The position numbers and the translations under genes are program-made. 64,000 nucleotides of DNA, from NCBI GenBank assembly GCA_943704425.1, contig CALSCP010000388.1, positions 75,778 through 139,777 on the forward strand, read 5' to 3'. Under the pieces are notes generated by a model. That model saw only the letters and a list, made by a program, of their open reading frames with translations, did no database searches and was not told the origin of the DNA. Source of the stretch: Ministeria vibrans ATCC 50519. Lineage: Eukaryota > Protista > Filasterea. Of the stretch, positions 44,472 through 58,600 are shown piece after piece (within the stretch, counting starts at the first letter, position 1; each line of letters starts with the position of its first letter).

Positions 44472-47400
44472 ATGTCGCAAGCATACAGATATGACCTGTT
44501 GAACGAATCGGAGCAAGGCGCCGACGAGCACGTGCAAATGGAGGCGCTGTCAACGTCGGCCGCGCCTCCGGCCTACCACGAAGTTCCCTCGTCGTCAGCG
44601 CTCCCTGCCTACTCCGTCGTTCTCGAAGGTGCGTCTCTTGCCCCATCTCTGTTCTCTCTGTGTCTTTTTGCTCGGCGTGTGTGTGTATGTGTGTGTGTTT
44701 TTCGTTCTTGGACGGAATGTCTTCATTTGCAATTCAACCTTTGCGTAAAAAGTCCCACCAGACTCCCACTTCCCTCTTGCCACCATCCCCCCATCACCCA
44801 TACCCATACACTGCCCGTATTCGACTCCAAAGTGCTCTTCTGCCGATTAGCAAGTGACTTGTTCGCGAAAAACAGAAAAAGTTTCTCGAAAAAATACTTC
44901 TTCCACCAAAGACACCCTGTTCGCAGTTGTTGCATGTCAAACGATGTTGTCTCGCTTGTCCGCAGTCGAGAAATCGCCCCAAGTTGGCCTGCTTCACCGA
45001 AACAGTCCCAAGTTCTGGTCCCGTCATCTTACAGCGTCTCCCTCACCCACACGCCCCGCTCCTTTCTCTTCCTCCTTCCATCAGCCTTTGTCTGTACCGT
45101 GTCGTCACATCTGAGCGACACGGCGACTTCGTAGTCTGTGTTTTTTTTTTTTTTTTTTTTTTTCTGGTCTCTCTCCCTTCCAAACCCGCTTTTTGCCTGG
45201 AAAGCCACTCTGCACGGGGGTCACCGCACCGACCCAGTCAACCTCCCGCATGCGGTCCATATCGCACAGCTGTCGTGCGCCAAAAGGAACGCAATATGAA
45301 AAAAAAAAAAAAAAAAAAAAAAAACGCAGTCATCGCAACAAACTGTGACGTCGGTAGACCTACGGAAAATTAAACGAGAGTGTCGTCGTTCGCGTCGCAC
45401 CCGCCCCAGGGCTTCCTGCTGCGCTCTCTTCCACGTCCCTCTGCCTTTATCGTTGCCCATTTCGCCTTGTGTCGCCGTCAAAGCACAGTCGGAGATTGTT
45501 GCCGCCTTCCTTATCACCACTCCGTCACGCGCCCGTTCCCTCCAAATGTCGCTTTCCGCCACGCTTACACAGCGCTCCTGTGGCCTTTGACTGCTCTGCT
45601 GCATTGGTTCACTCGTCAGTGCCCCTTTTCCGCTTTCATATGTGTGTTGGTTTTTCAAAAACCCAACTCCGAGCCATCCCCGCCTTCCCCCGCTCTCTTC
45701 TCTGCGCTCTCTCGCCCCATTCGTATTCTACTGACTTTCTCACTCACTCACTCTCGACTCTTTTTCGTGCTCCGTTTCGTTCCTTCTCACATTTGTGTTT
45801 CGTTATTTTTTTGTTGCACCTCCCAGATCGTGTGCGCTCTCCTTCTCCGTCTCGCGACACCCTCTTGGCACACGCGACGCGAAACAGCATGAAGATTAAG
45901 CAAGCAAAGTCTTGCGAGCATCTCATCACTGTGATGCCGCCCTCACCAACAGTGACGGAGTGTAGGAGGCGCTCTCAGAGCTCCGAAAGCGCTCTCGTCA
46001 CCTTCGAAGAGGAAAATCTTCAAGGTGAAGAGCGGTTTGAGTCACTGGCGCGTCTGCACACTGGCCCGCGACGTCGGCTTTCCAGCACCGTCTCCGCCAG
46101 CTCGATCGTCACCCCCCAGCCGCAACAGGGCGTTGTCGCCAGCACACATTCTCCTTCACGCCTCCCCTCCGCCATGGCCACCGAGGCCTCCGTAAAACGA
46201 CGTCGCTCCACCCACGTCGGCTCCACCGCACACTTCCTCGTGCCCGATCCTACGCCGGCCGAGGTCGCGACGCGTCCCATCTCGTGGCATGAAGACGAAA
46301 CGGTTGCCCTCGAACCCGAACTCTTCGACTCAGACGACGACATGGACGTGCAAACTTTCCAGGTGTTTGGTCTGGAATCCCCACCAAGACCTCACTCTCA
46401 GCTGCAACAACAAAATTCGCACAAGCGTTCCTTCAAGCGCAGCTTCAAACAGTCCAAGTCGGGGGGCGCCTCGTCGTCTGCCGCCGTCTCCTCACACACC
46501 TCGGCCAATAATAGCATTGCATCTTTCACTCCAGACCCCTCCTCTTCTGCATCCAATGCCACTGCTTCTTGTACCGCGACTCCTCCCGCTGGCACATCGC
46601 CTCATCTGCTCAAGGTCATGTCACAGCCCATGCTCAAGGTTTCCACCAAGGTTCTGCGCGAACAGGTTGAACAGGATCTCAAAGCGGAACGTCTACAGCA
46701 GCAAAAGCAACAGAACCGTCTGAGCAACAGTAGCAACGGCAGTGGCGGTGGTCGAAGACGCAGTCTCACCCTGCCCTCACAACACTCCCTGCTGACTCCT
46801 CCACTTTCCACCAACGACTCGGACGCTCATCGCACTTCATCTTCCGCCGCCACCTCCTTCACTGCGTCGGCTTTGCCCACCAATCAAAATGGCGCCTCTC
46901 CATCGCGCAAGGAGAAAGGGTTTATTATGTCGCTACTGTCGCGCGGTCGTCGCGAGTCGGCCGTTCACGCTTCTTCTTTCGCCACGTCTGGTGCCTCTCC
47001 TCTCACCTCCACTGTCAGTGCCTTTGTCGTAAGCGACAGCAGCCTGCAACGCCGCGGTACCCCTCCGGCACAACGTCGACGCGAGTCACGCGCCCGCGCA
47101 GACTCGGCACCGCAGCTCATCGTCAAGGGAGGCAAAGTGACCATTGAGGACTTCCGCATGCCTATCCCACGCGTTGCGGCTGTTCATGCTACCTACCTCA
47201 GCCGCCTCGACACGGCACAGCCCACCTCAATCGCCTCCGTGCCGCACAAAGTGAAAATTATCCCGTCTCCTCGCACGAAGCGTCGAGCCGAGCGCTACGT
47301 CGAAATCCAGGAACAGCAACAAGAGTTCTCCACCGAAAACATGACCTCGTCCGACGTACTTCGTCATGGCCGTAAGAAGGGGGGTTGAAATTCTTGCTTC

Positions 47401-49376
47401 ATCGCGCTTGTTTTGTTCCTCACTTACATTCCGCTCTCTTCTTTTGTGGTTTTTCTTTTGTTTTTTCAGTGAAAACTCCGCCATCTGCTCCTCGCATGCA
47501 GCGAAGAAGACGCTCCAACACAATTGATGCTGCGGTGCTCATTCTGACGCGCTCTCTCACATCCATGTCTGTTCCCGATCCCTCATCTGACATCTCGTCG
47601 CCCACGCCACAACGACGAGCCAAACTGACTCCTCGCTCGCCTCTCGTTCCCCAGTCGGCGCGAGGCTCCACTCAAATTGTCCACGATCGACTGTCGACGC
47701 GCACCTCTATGCCCTCCGACATGGTCTCCACCAGCTGCAGCGTGTCGGCGCCGTTCCTCTCTCAAGCACCCAGCCACACCAACACCAGCTGCAACACCTT
47801 GTCGCTGGTGCCGTCGTCCACGTCGACTCTGTCGTCATCGGGCGAGCCTTCGCCTGGCTCCAGCGACCATACGCTCAGCTCGCATAAACACAGTAGCTCG
47901 TCCATTACGAGCCCTAGCTGTCCCAACTTTCCCATGGTGGGCGTCTCGTCTGCATCCATTCTGCCAACAGGCAATGGACTCCGTCAAGTCAGCGAAAGTC
48001 CCATTGACGATGACGATGACGGCAACAACAATGAACTTGACATGGTGCCTTCCTTGCCGAATGGCCTGAGCCATCGAATGTCACTTGCAGCGCGTTCAAT
48101 GGACACGTCGACGTCGGCGTCGCCTAATTCCCGTGCTGTGCGTCGTGTCAGCCTCACCCTTCCCGTCACGCCCGTCTCTGAAGACCCCCCTGGCAAGTAT
48201 GTGGTGCTGCGCAAACGTGCCTCCATTGCTTGCACGCGTCGAGCGCGTGCCGACAGTGACCCTGAAATGCTCCGCTATGGATCGCTCACGTCCATGTCGA
48301 CCTTTGCCGAAGACGAGTACGCTTCAACACCGCACTCGGTCGCCTCCAACGCCGTGCCATCGCCGGGCCTGTCTACTCTGCTCTCGCTCACTGCCTCGCT
48401 CGAGCAAGGCGCAGTGGACGTGTCGTACGAGAATGACGACGACGACAACGGCGACGATAAAGGAACCGGCAGCAGCCAGTCTGTCTCGCGTCACGGCTCC
48501 AAAAACTCGAAGAGAGGAACGTCGCGCGTTCTCCGTCGTACCAGCAGTTACAATCCCTCCAAGAAACACTCTGTTTCGTCGATGGCCTCTGTTTCTTCGC
48601 CTTCCGTGCCGCAGGTTGACCCAGAGTCTCTACGGTCACTCTCCACGTCGCAAGTCTCAGCGCCTGGCGAGACCGCGCAATTTTTTGAGCCAGCCTCGCC
48701 CAAGGTGATTGCGTTCAGCAACGCAGGTATGCCCTCGGGCGCGTCGTCCGCCACCAACAGCAGTGTCAGCAGCCCAAGCAACAACGGCACTGCGACAGAC
48801 ACGGTTACAGGTATTGTGTCGGCGTTACCGCTGCGACGCTTTGCCGGACGCTCTCTTGCTGATCGCAAAACGCGCGGTGCCTCGTGTCCCCTGCACGAGG
48901 CTGTCGGACGGGCAGTGATTGCCGAGGTCAGTCCATTGCGTGCACTCCAGCGGGCATCACCGGGCGTCGCTGACAGCGTATCCCCACGCGCAGGCAGCGC
49001 CAGCAGCTGTGAGAGCGACTCGCGCAGTCCAATGCAGAGCATCGTTTCGCGCAGCCCCTCCCCGCGACTACGCTCAACACGAATGCGCAGCGACTCGGTC
49101 ACCACAATGGAACTTCCAGTTGTCACTGCAGCCAAAGCAACAGTGCGTCTTGTGCGCGGCTCCAGCTCCACGCAACTTCCCTCGCTCAAGTCTCCTTCCT
49201 CTTCCTCTGCCTCCACCGTCTCTTCTTCTCTCGCTCCTCGCTCTCCCGTGTCCCCCACCCTCTCGTCCCGTCCCGTCCATCCCCTTCGCACTGTGTTCCA
49301 CCCTGATCAAGAACAGCCGCATCTACAACTACCCGTTTCTCCAAAGAAGCGTGTTCTCACCGAAACGACCGTTTAA
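44472..49376 (+). CDS. Large Ser/Pro/Arg-rich disordered protein with N-terminal PY motifs
   Basis: Exon 44472-44628 (PPAY, LPAY) is phase-compatible with acceptor 45826; intron 47372-47469 joins the two long ORFs. Linkage of exon 1 is uncertain. Confidence 0.6.
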
Positions 49377-49557
49377 TGTTCTGTACTCTCTCTTTCTTTT
49401 CTATTTTTTGTTTCTGTTATACTGTACTAGTGACCTGTTAATAAATTATTATCATAACTAACATCTTCCTATTCATATAATTTTCAAATACGTCTTGAGA
49501 TTTGTACAGAGACCCAAACGAAAGAGAGAGAGGAATGAAAAAGAAAACGGAGAACAT

Positions 49558-51091
49558 TTAGGGGTTGTAACAGGCGCCCGGAGACCCAGAGGGGAGCACA
49601 GTGATCCAGTAGGACTCTTGCAGCTGCGGAGGCTAAACACAAAGAGGGAGAGAGAGCGCGAGAGAGTCAGCGAGGAGGGAATAAGAAACACAACCAGAGA
49701 AGAGAGACGAGGGAGAAAGAAAGAAAGTGATAGAAAGAGGGTGGAGAGGACACAAAGTGATTAAAAAGAGATGGGGAGTGTGTGTGATGCAAGTTCGCGT
49801 ACGCCCATCGTAAGTGGATCGTTGCTGCTATCAAAGTCTGCCTGCACTCCGTTCATGAAGAGTCGGCTGCTGTTAAGCGCACTGTCCGTGGTGAATGTCT
49901 GTGCCGGAATCACAAGGTTGTCGCCGCAGAAGTAGGGATCTGAAGTGCATAAAAAATTCCTCAGATGATAAATATTTACAAGGCAATATTAAAAGCTGCT
50001 CTTTACCTTCTTCACCCAAACAGTTTGCGGTCACAGCAATGCCACACTTGGTGTAGCCACTACCATCGTTGCCTCCAAAGTTCCACAAGTTTAGGGCAAA
50101 CTCCTCGCAAACAAGGAGGCCCTCGGCGCAACCGGCCGCGCCACGACTGGATTTGGTCAGACAGAGGCTCTCGTCGATGGGATAGTTGGACAGGGGCACA
50201 ATGTAATCGGGCAGTTGGGGATCGCACGACATGCAGTACAACTTGGCCCAGGGATGGTCGCGCGCATCACCGCGAATCTGGCAGCCACGACCAAGCGAGT
50301 CGCCTGAAGAGACGTACAAGAAGAGAGAGAGAGGAAAAAGAGAAGAGAGAGAGTGGAGAAAGAGAGAGAGAAAGAGAGAGGAGAAAGAGAGAGAGAAAGA
50401 GAGAGAGAAGGAAACAAAGTGATAGAGACAGAAAGGAGAGAGAAAGAAACAAAGTGATAGTGAGAGAGACGCAAAAAAGACGGTCAACACCACACACATA
50501 CTCACACACACTCACTCCACCACAACCCCCATTGCTTGGCTTCGCTCCCCTTACCACCCATAAGTGCATAGAAGAGCTCTTCGCTCTCCTGATCCATCTG
50601 GGGAATGCAGCATGCCTTGGACTGGAAGCGGTCGCAGAAGCGAAGTCCGTAGGGCTGAAGGAGAGACGCAGAAGCGGATTAGCACACACCATGGGGGTAG
50701 ATTCAAGTCGGTGGAGGGTCCACAGAGAGTTGGACACACTGTGGTGGTCAACAAAACGGCTTCTCAGCGCTGTTTGAGCGCGCAGGAGAGGCGAGAAGAC
50801 AAAACAAAAAAAAGAAGAGAGAGAAAAAAAAGGAAAAAAGTAACCACAGAGGAAGAAGAAGAGAAAGGATACCTCGGACGGGGGCGCATCCAGGTTGGGA
50901 CAGTCACCAGCAGCACGTCGACTCCGCCCGCGCGCGGCATAGTGCCTGCGCACCGCAAAGGAGCGCTCGCTCGACGACTGAGCGGACGGATCGCCATTCC
51001 ACGCTCTGGTCGCCACAAACACCGTCCCAATGACCACAAAGGCCATGCAGTACACGCCGATCGTCATATTCCACGAGGCCCCGCGACGCAT
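49558..51091 (-). CDS. Secreted or anchored Cys-rich folate-receptor-like domain protein
   Basis: Spliced CPNL...FCDRFQSKACC...GC...LYCMSCDP...VCEEFALNLW...YTKCG cysteine pattern; N-terminal hydrophobic segment; four introns. Confidence 0.65.
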
Positions 51092-51389
51092 GACGAATTG
51101 TTTTAAAAGTTGTGTGAAGTTGAAGTGAATGACTGAATGACTATGTTTGTTGTGACTGAATTGTTGGGAATTCGAATATAACCCCTTCTGCAAATTGATC
51201 ACACGTCTCAGCGTATGACCAAGAGCCAAGCGTGCGGCGTCGACCATTCACAGCGCCGATCAATCAGAAAAGTGAAAGCAAGCGTGACGACGACGACGAA
51301 TGGCGAGACTACCTCCAGACTCCCGTTACCCTACTCAATAGGAAAGTCGAGAGTACATTCAAATGTTACATTTTGCCACTGCCACCAGC

Positions 51390-52587
51390 TCACTCGGTGG
51401 CACTGGAAGTGGCGGCGGTGAGAGAGGGAAAGTCAGAATCAAGAAGAAAAAACTCGCGTTCAGCCGAAGTCGCAAGCTCGTCAATGAAACCAAACCAGTA
51501 TATAACCAGACCAGGACCAAACCGATTGTGATATGCATAGTACTGCGGAAGGTACTGTCGGTGGCTGTAGGCGTCACCAAACGTCGCCTTGCTCTCGATC
51601 CAGTTGACTATTCCGCGATTGTGTGGCAGCACAATGGGAACCTGTACAAACGAATACAACACTAGTCAGTCCCTCGCTTTCGACTGTGTGTGCGTTGCAG
51701 ACCTCCAGTTTGACGTCGGGTGTCTTGGGGTATCCTTTGAGGCGCATTTCGTCTTCGGTAATAAACGGTATTTCGTTGACTCGCAACTTTTCGTACAGCA
51801 CAAATTCATACTCGAGACCCAAACTCCTGCAAAAAATAATGGATTAATTCTCTTTTTTTTTTTCTGTGTAAGTCGTACGCTCGAACTTTAGTCACGAGAG
51901 GAGAGTAATTGTCATCGGCACGCACACACTCGGCAATCTCCCAATTGAGCCGCGCAGCTTGGTCGCTCCACGACATCTCCGCCTGCCGCACCTTCCCTGC
52001 ATCGTCCTCGTCTTCTGTCGTCCGCGCATCCTTCTCGTCTCTCTCTTGTGCCCACTCTAAGAGAGCGGCCGGATCGCGCATTGCGCGGTTCACGCGGTTC
52101 TTCACGTCTCGGCCATCTACATACAGTTGCAAACGTAAACAAACAGCAGGCATGCCTCGCAGCAGCCACGCTCTAGGCCCGACCTTCGTGCGACTGAAAG
52201 AACAGGGTGACAACCTGGCGTGCCAGTAGACACGGCGCCAAATTGATGGTCTCGGCAATGCGCACGAGCACGGCATCGTCGCAGTCGCGGTCTGCCGCAA
52301 CGCCCTCGCGATACTGTGCAAAGTACTCGTGTGCGCGCGTCTTGTGTCGTCCATACGTGTTGCGTATCATCTCTTGGTACTTTTGACCGTAGATGGAGAG
52401 AAGCGTGTTGTACGAGACCCTTAAAGAGAGAGACAGAGAGGGTGAGTGAGAGAGACACAGAGAGAGAGACGGTGACAACACGCCGGACTGAACTTGTCTC
52501 GTACTCGGGATACGCAAGCGCGATGTCCTTCAGACTCTCTCGAGTCGACATTTTATGGCATATCTCATCGTACAGAGCCTGCCGCAT
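51390..52587 (-). CDS. CDIN1: CDAN1-interacting nuclease 1 (C15orf41, TPD domain)
   Basis: [50 protein letters not shown]. Confidence 0.92.
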
Positions 52588-52687
52588 CCAACTCGCAGAC
52601 AAACAAACAAAAAAATGAATCAAATCAAAAATCAAAATCAAAGTGAAAATCATTGATCAAATAGTAGTTACGTTTCCCTTGTCCCAT

Positions 52688-55600
52688 ATGTCGTCCGGCT
52701 CAACGTCGGTGCATACGCTTCTGCGTATCACAAATGGCGGCGTGATCCAACACGACGACGACAACAACGCAACGGCGATTGCAGTGCTCGAAGCACTCGC
52801 CGACATTGAACGCGCCTCGTCGGGCTCGTCTGGGGCCGACGACGAAACAGACGTGCTCATGACCATTGGCGAGCACGAGGCGGACCTTGTCGCCGCCATT
52901 TCGACCATTCTCGATGGAATCATCGACGACCGCGTGAGCGCCGTGGCACGTCAGGCCGTTCGCACCGCCGCCACGCTCATCGACGCCGCCGAACGCCATC
53001 CTCTGCTCTTGCCGGGCCTTCCTATCCTCTTGCCTCGTCGTCTCGTGCGTTCCCACATGCGCACGCTCAATCATTTTCTTCAGACTGACCGTCAACAACA
53101 ATCGCTGTCGCTCGTCATTGATGGCCTTCGTTTGCTCGTCGCCTGCGCCCGCTCAAGTCCGCTGACTGCTCGCGAACTCTGCAACTCCTTTGACTTTGCC
53201 AATCACACTCTTCAGCGGCACCTGCGGCCCACTCCGGCCGCCGCATCAGCCTGGCGAAAAGCGACAAAGGCTGGCGCTACTGCGCCCGCTCTCTCGCCCG
53301 CGTGTCAACTTCACCGCCTCGCCATCGACTTTGCCTTTGCTTTTCTCGAGCATCGCGACGCCGAACTCACCGTGCACGTTCTGGGCATTGCTAATTTCCT
53401 TGTCCCCTCTCTGGTGCAGCCCATTGCCTTGCGAGCCGAACCCACGCAAGTGCGTCTGTGCATTCGTCGCATCACACGCGACCTCCTCCTGTGCCCCCGC
53501 CTCTCGCGTGGCATCAAACTTCGCTTGTGTAACCCATCCGCTCTCAGCGCCATTGCTCAGCTCTACAGTGCCGACACCGTGTCGCTCCCTGCGGACGCCA
53601 TCCACGACTTTGACGACGCTCCGCCCTCCGTGCCTCGTCCCCCTCTCATCACCGTCCAACAAGAAGAGGGCACTGACGCCACCACCGACTCGGACGTCGA
53701 CATGGACATGAACACTACCACGACCATGCAAGTGGTCAGTCTGCGTGACTACATCCACTCTTTCCTTCTCCTCGCCTGCACCGCACCGGACGCTGGCATA
53801 TGCTTTGCCGTGCGCGAACCTCTCGCATCCGACGTCGAGTCGGCCAACCCCGTTCTCCAGCGCTTCCTCACGCAACTACCGCGTACCGTTGCAGACGATT
53901 CTCTTCTCACCACTCTCGTTCTCTCCATTCTACGCACCTGTCCCGACCTCGTGCGCCCCTACTTCGTCTCCGCTGCGCAGAGTCTCGAGCCGCGTCTTTC
54001 CACGCGCTGGCTCACCTCCGTCCAGTTTGCCGCTCGTATCCTTCGCGATTGCGTTGTCCGCTCCGCTCGCTACGGACCCTCGCTGCGTCCCGAATCACTC
54101 ACAGCCGTCGATGGCGTTGCCTGTGCTCAGGCGTGCGTCACCCTTAACGCCACGCTGTCTGCATGGCTCGCTCGTGCCCTCCGTCACTCTTCAGACCTCA
54201 TTGTCTTCTATGGTCTGCAGCTCGTCGATGCCATGCTCACCGCCGCCCGTCGCATGATCGAAGGCCAGCTCACAGATGCCTACCTTGATGCCTTCCGCAC
54301 CGAACTTGCTCTGCTCTTGCCCGACGTTGGCGCAGTCGTCGCTCTCAATGCTCGTCTCTTTGCGCCCGACAAACGTGACACCGCCTCGCGTTTTGCCCAG
54401 TCTGCTCTCCTTCGCGTGCTTGCCGGCTACGCTCTCTGTGCCCCACACGCCCTGCGCGAGGCTCGCTTTGACCTCTCCAAGCTTATGCCGACGCCTGCTC
54501 TGCTCGCTCGCTGGTCTCCCGTCCTTCAGCGTGATCTCTTCCGCCTCATGCATGCTGCCACACGCAACCGTCATCTCATTGCGACACCCTCATCCACTGC
54601 CGTCCAGAGCCAACAGATTGTCACCATGGTTGCCCTCTGGTGCTCCCACACCCTCCATCCCGACGTCCGTGCCCAACTCTCGCTTCTCTTTACCGCCTGG
54701 CTCGAACACACCGAAATATTCGATGCATTCCCCGACGAAATCGCCGTTTGGCTTGCCGCTTGTCGTGCACGTCCGTCGCTTGCATCCTTTCTCACGGCTG
54801 CCCTCGTCACGTGCAACCGTAACTTTGTTCACTGGCACACCACACGCGCCTCAGCACTTCACAGTAGTCGCGATGACTCGTTGTCGTCGTCGTCGTCGCC
54901 GTCGTCGCACTTGCCGACGGGCCTTCTCTTCCTGTGCGCCTTCAAAACACTTGAAATCAATGCGAAGACGGCGTCCGCCACTCAGTCGCGACTTGTGCGC
55001 ACCTTTCTTTGTGACATTGCCTACCGTCTGCTTCTGCTCCAGTCACCTGCGTCCCTCGCCTCGTTCATTGCGCTTCTCTCGTCCACTCCCACCTCGTCCG
55101 AAGTGTGTGCTCCCCTCTTGCGCCTCACGTGCGCCTGGTCACTCTGTAACACCACCTCCACCACCCATCAGGCTATGGACACGTCGTCCGACGGATCAAA
55201 GAACAATGACAGCAACAGCGATGCGAACACCGATGATGATGACAATGATGATGTGCCTGAAGCAGAGCGACTGTTGCACCAGTACGGAGCGGACAATGTG
55301 ACTCAGCTGACACGCACAAGTTCTCCCGAGACGCTCGATCGCCTGGTCCGTGTCTCACTCATGGCTCAGCCGAGTCTTCTCCAGGCGCTTGGCGCACGCA
55401 TTGCTTCTTTAAGCCCCTCTACGCTGCTTCTTGCCTGCTGTACCGTTGCAGATCTCGCCAGTGAGTCGGTCTCGCAGGCGCTCGAGAGTTCCCTCTCGCG
55501 TGTGTCCGAATCTGAGGCAGTCGAGAGTGCTCGCATCCTACTGTTGTTCCTCTCGCGCTTTCAATCGGTACAGCCCAGCGTCGCCGTCACGACGCCCAAG

Positions 55601-58600
55601 AAGGAGAAGAAAGACAAGAAGAAGAAGCGGAGCAGCAACGAGGCACAGACTGTCGACACCGACACGGACGAGACAGACCGCGTGATCGTACGTCTGCTCG
55701 ACTTGCTTGCAGTGTGCCTTCGTCGTGCTCACGATCCTGCCTTTGTGGCGTCCGCCATGGAACATGCCGCCCTTTTGGCCCCTTTTGCTCGTCGCATGTC
55801 ACACACCGACGCCACTTGTCGACTTGTTGTGAGCTTCGCTGTGGGTCGCATGGGCGCTGCAGTGCCGTCGTGGGCCCAGGCGTTTGGTCATAAGGCCTGC
55901 ACGACCGTCGCTGATGCCTTGCTTGCCAGTGAGTCGCCTCCTTTGGCCGCAGTACATGCTGTGAGTCTTATTCATGCCGTATGCTCCAGCGACGACCTCT
56001 CCACGCTCGTCAGCGCACTGCTCAATGCGCCCAGCGTCAACGTCAGCAGTAACGACGGTTTGTTTGCAGGCGACGCGCCTCTCGGAAAGCTTCTTGAGCA
56101 CGCTGTGGGTCTGCCCACCGTTGCTCTCTCCCAATCTGCTTTTCAGCGGCTTCTGGCTCTATCACAAGACTGGCCATCGACAAGACTGCTCGAAGCGGCG
56201 TCGGCCATTCTCGATCGATCGTCACATCTCGCTTGGTCCACCGTTGCGGCTGGTGACTATGCTCTTGCCGTCGACCGCGACTGTCTTCTTGCCTGGCTCT
56301 CGCCTACCGCCAGCGACGTTGTGCGTACTTGTGCGGCCGCCGCCATTCGTTTGAGTGCCGACCATCGCGACACATTTGCTCGTGCGCTAGTGATTGACCC
56401 GTCGACGACGACCCTCCGCCTGACGCTACCCGCCCACCAACGCGCTCTACACGCCTACTTTGCGAGTGCCATTGCCAACGACACTGACATCCAACAGGTA
56501 GCTGACTTTGTACTCATGCAAAAAGCCTCCCTTGACCTTGCGCCTGCGCTCCTTTCGCTTGTCGTGTCACACGCCCGTCGTGAGACGCTCCTCACCAGCT
56601 CGCCTCACTTCAACTGGGACGATCTAATGGAGCGCGCTCAGTCTCCCGGATGGACAGCGGCCGACGAAGCGGTTGCATTGGCATCAGTGCGTGCCTCTCA
56701 CTGTCACAAAATGTGCCTTGTGAATGGTCTGTTGCGTTCGTGCCAGGCACTCACGAGTTGCCATTCCGGCGATGCTGTGTCCGAGACTCTTCTCGCCGCG
56801 TTCACGTCGCTCCAACAAGCAATTGCGGACTTGACTACCGACGAGGAGCTGTCGTCGTCGTCGTCGTCGTCGTCGTCTGAAGTGGTGCGTCTCGACAGCG
56901 CTGCGTGTTGTGCGCTGTTGCGTTTGGTGTTGGCAGTGCCGTGGCTCGGTGAAGTGGCCGCGACCGTCTCTGCCCTTGTTTGTCTTCCTGGTGTGCCCAA
57001 GCGCCAGTTTGCGGAAGAGTGGGCGGGACTTATGGTGGCCAATGGAGCCTGGTCGACGGCCATTCGGAGCACGCGCAATGCGCACTGCGTGCGCATGTTC
57101 TACGAGCTGTGTCGTGTTGACAACAAAATTGCCGCGCGCTCCCTTCTCCCCACCCTCATGTACGCGTACACGCCAACCCTGGCGCTCTTTGACCGCGCCA
57201 CACTGGCTCTGGTTCGTCTTTTTGAGGAATGCGGCGTACATGTGGTGGACGCCGTGTGTTTGTGCGGCGCAGAGGCGCACGAGCGACTGGTGGCACTTCT
57301 CGAGCGCAATCCCGAGGGACATGTGGAGATTGGCATTGCAACATCGCGTTCGAGCGACGTAGTGATTGTCGAGGCGTTGGACGCTGAGAAGCTTTATGCG
57401 TCGGCCGACCAGCTTCCCACCGACAAGGTGCAACTGGAACCCAGCATGGAGGCGATCTTTGATAATAATGTCACGGTGGAGACAGGCGGTGAGGACACGG
57501 AAACGCTCTACGACCCGTCTTATCTGTTGCCTGTGATTGCACGTGCGCTGACCAACGGTGTCGACGTGCACCGTCTCATCCACGACGGTGTGCTTGCTTA
57601 CTTGCCTGCCTGTGTCACTTGCGAGGACGCTGCGGTTCGCGCCGCTTCGTTTCATGTGCTCACCGAGCTTGAAGAGACCGTGTCGCACATTGAAACGATG
57701 CGCGAACAGGCTCAAGTGCTCCTTGTGCTTAAGACACTGCGCCAGGGCTGTGCCGAGGCTGCTGCTCAGCTTGATGACGAAGGACAGGTGCTCACGCGCG
57801 TTCCTACCGTCATCGGTACGTTTGTAGGTCATGCGCTGCGTGTACTTCTGCAGCCGGGCCACCGGCTGTTCCCGGCGCTGAACAGTGCACTTTTGCGTGC
57901 GCCCGCTCTCGATCTTGCCGAGATCCCTTCGTTGCACTCGCTACTGCAGAGCAGCTCGTCCGAGACCCACTCTGCCGAACGTCAGTGGCTCTTGCGCGTC
58001 CTTGCAGCGTCATTGCGACACCCCGATGATGTGCTTCCGCTGCGTCGCCGTCGTCTTCTCCCTCATCTGATGACCTTTGCAGACTCGCCCTTGGTCGATC
58101 GCATCTCGCGCGAGCTCTCCATGACGGTCATTCAGCGCGCCTGTAAACACCAAGCGTGTGCCGCCGACCTGGCGCGCCACCACGGCGCAATTGCTTGGCT
58201 CTGTGGTCGAGTGCACCACAGCGATGCGTTTGAGCCGACTTTAAGTGCTCTGGATGCGCTTGCGTCGACCCTCTTGCCCGGTGCACGCATTGAGCGACTC
58301 ATTGCCGAGCTTGCAAGTGCCTGTCGTAGTGTGGTGAATGCACGCATTGCGGTGCACCAAAATGGCGTGCGTGGTGACACAGACGCCAAAGTAGTGCATC
58401 TAATCGAGACGGTGTTCACAACGGTACGCTCCGTTGAGGCTGCCGGCACCACACGAAGTGTTTCGGTGGCGCGCGAGGCCGACCAGCTCGGTCCAAGTGT
58501 CACCTCGTTGCGTCTGCTCACGCAAGTGCTTGCCTTCAAGCAACGTCCCGCACTCGCACGCGTTCTGCGGCTCTTGCGCCCGACCATTCAGTACGATAGT

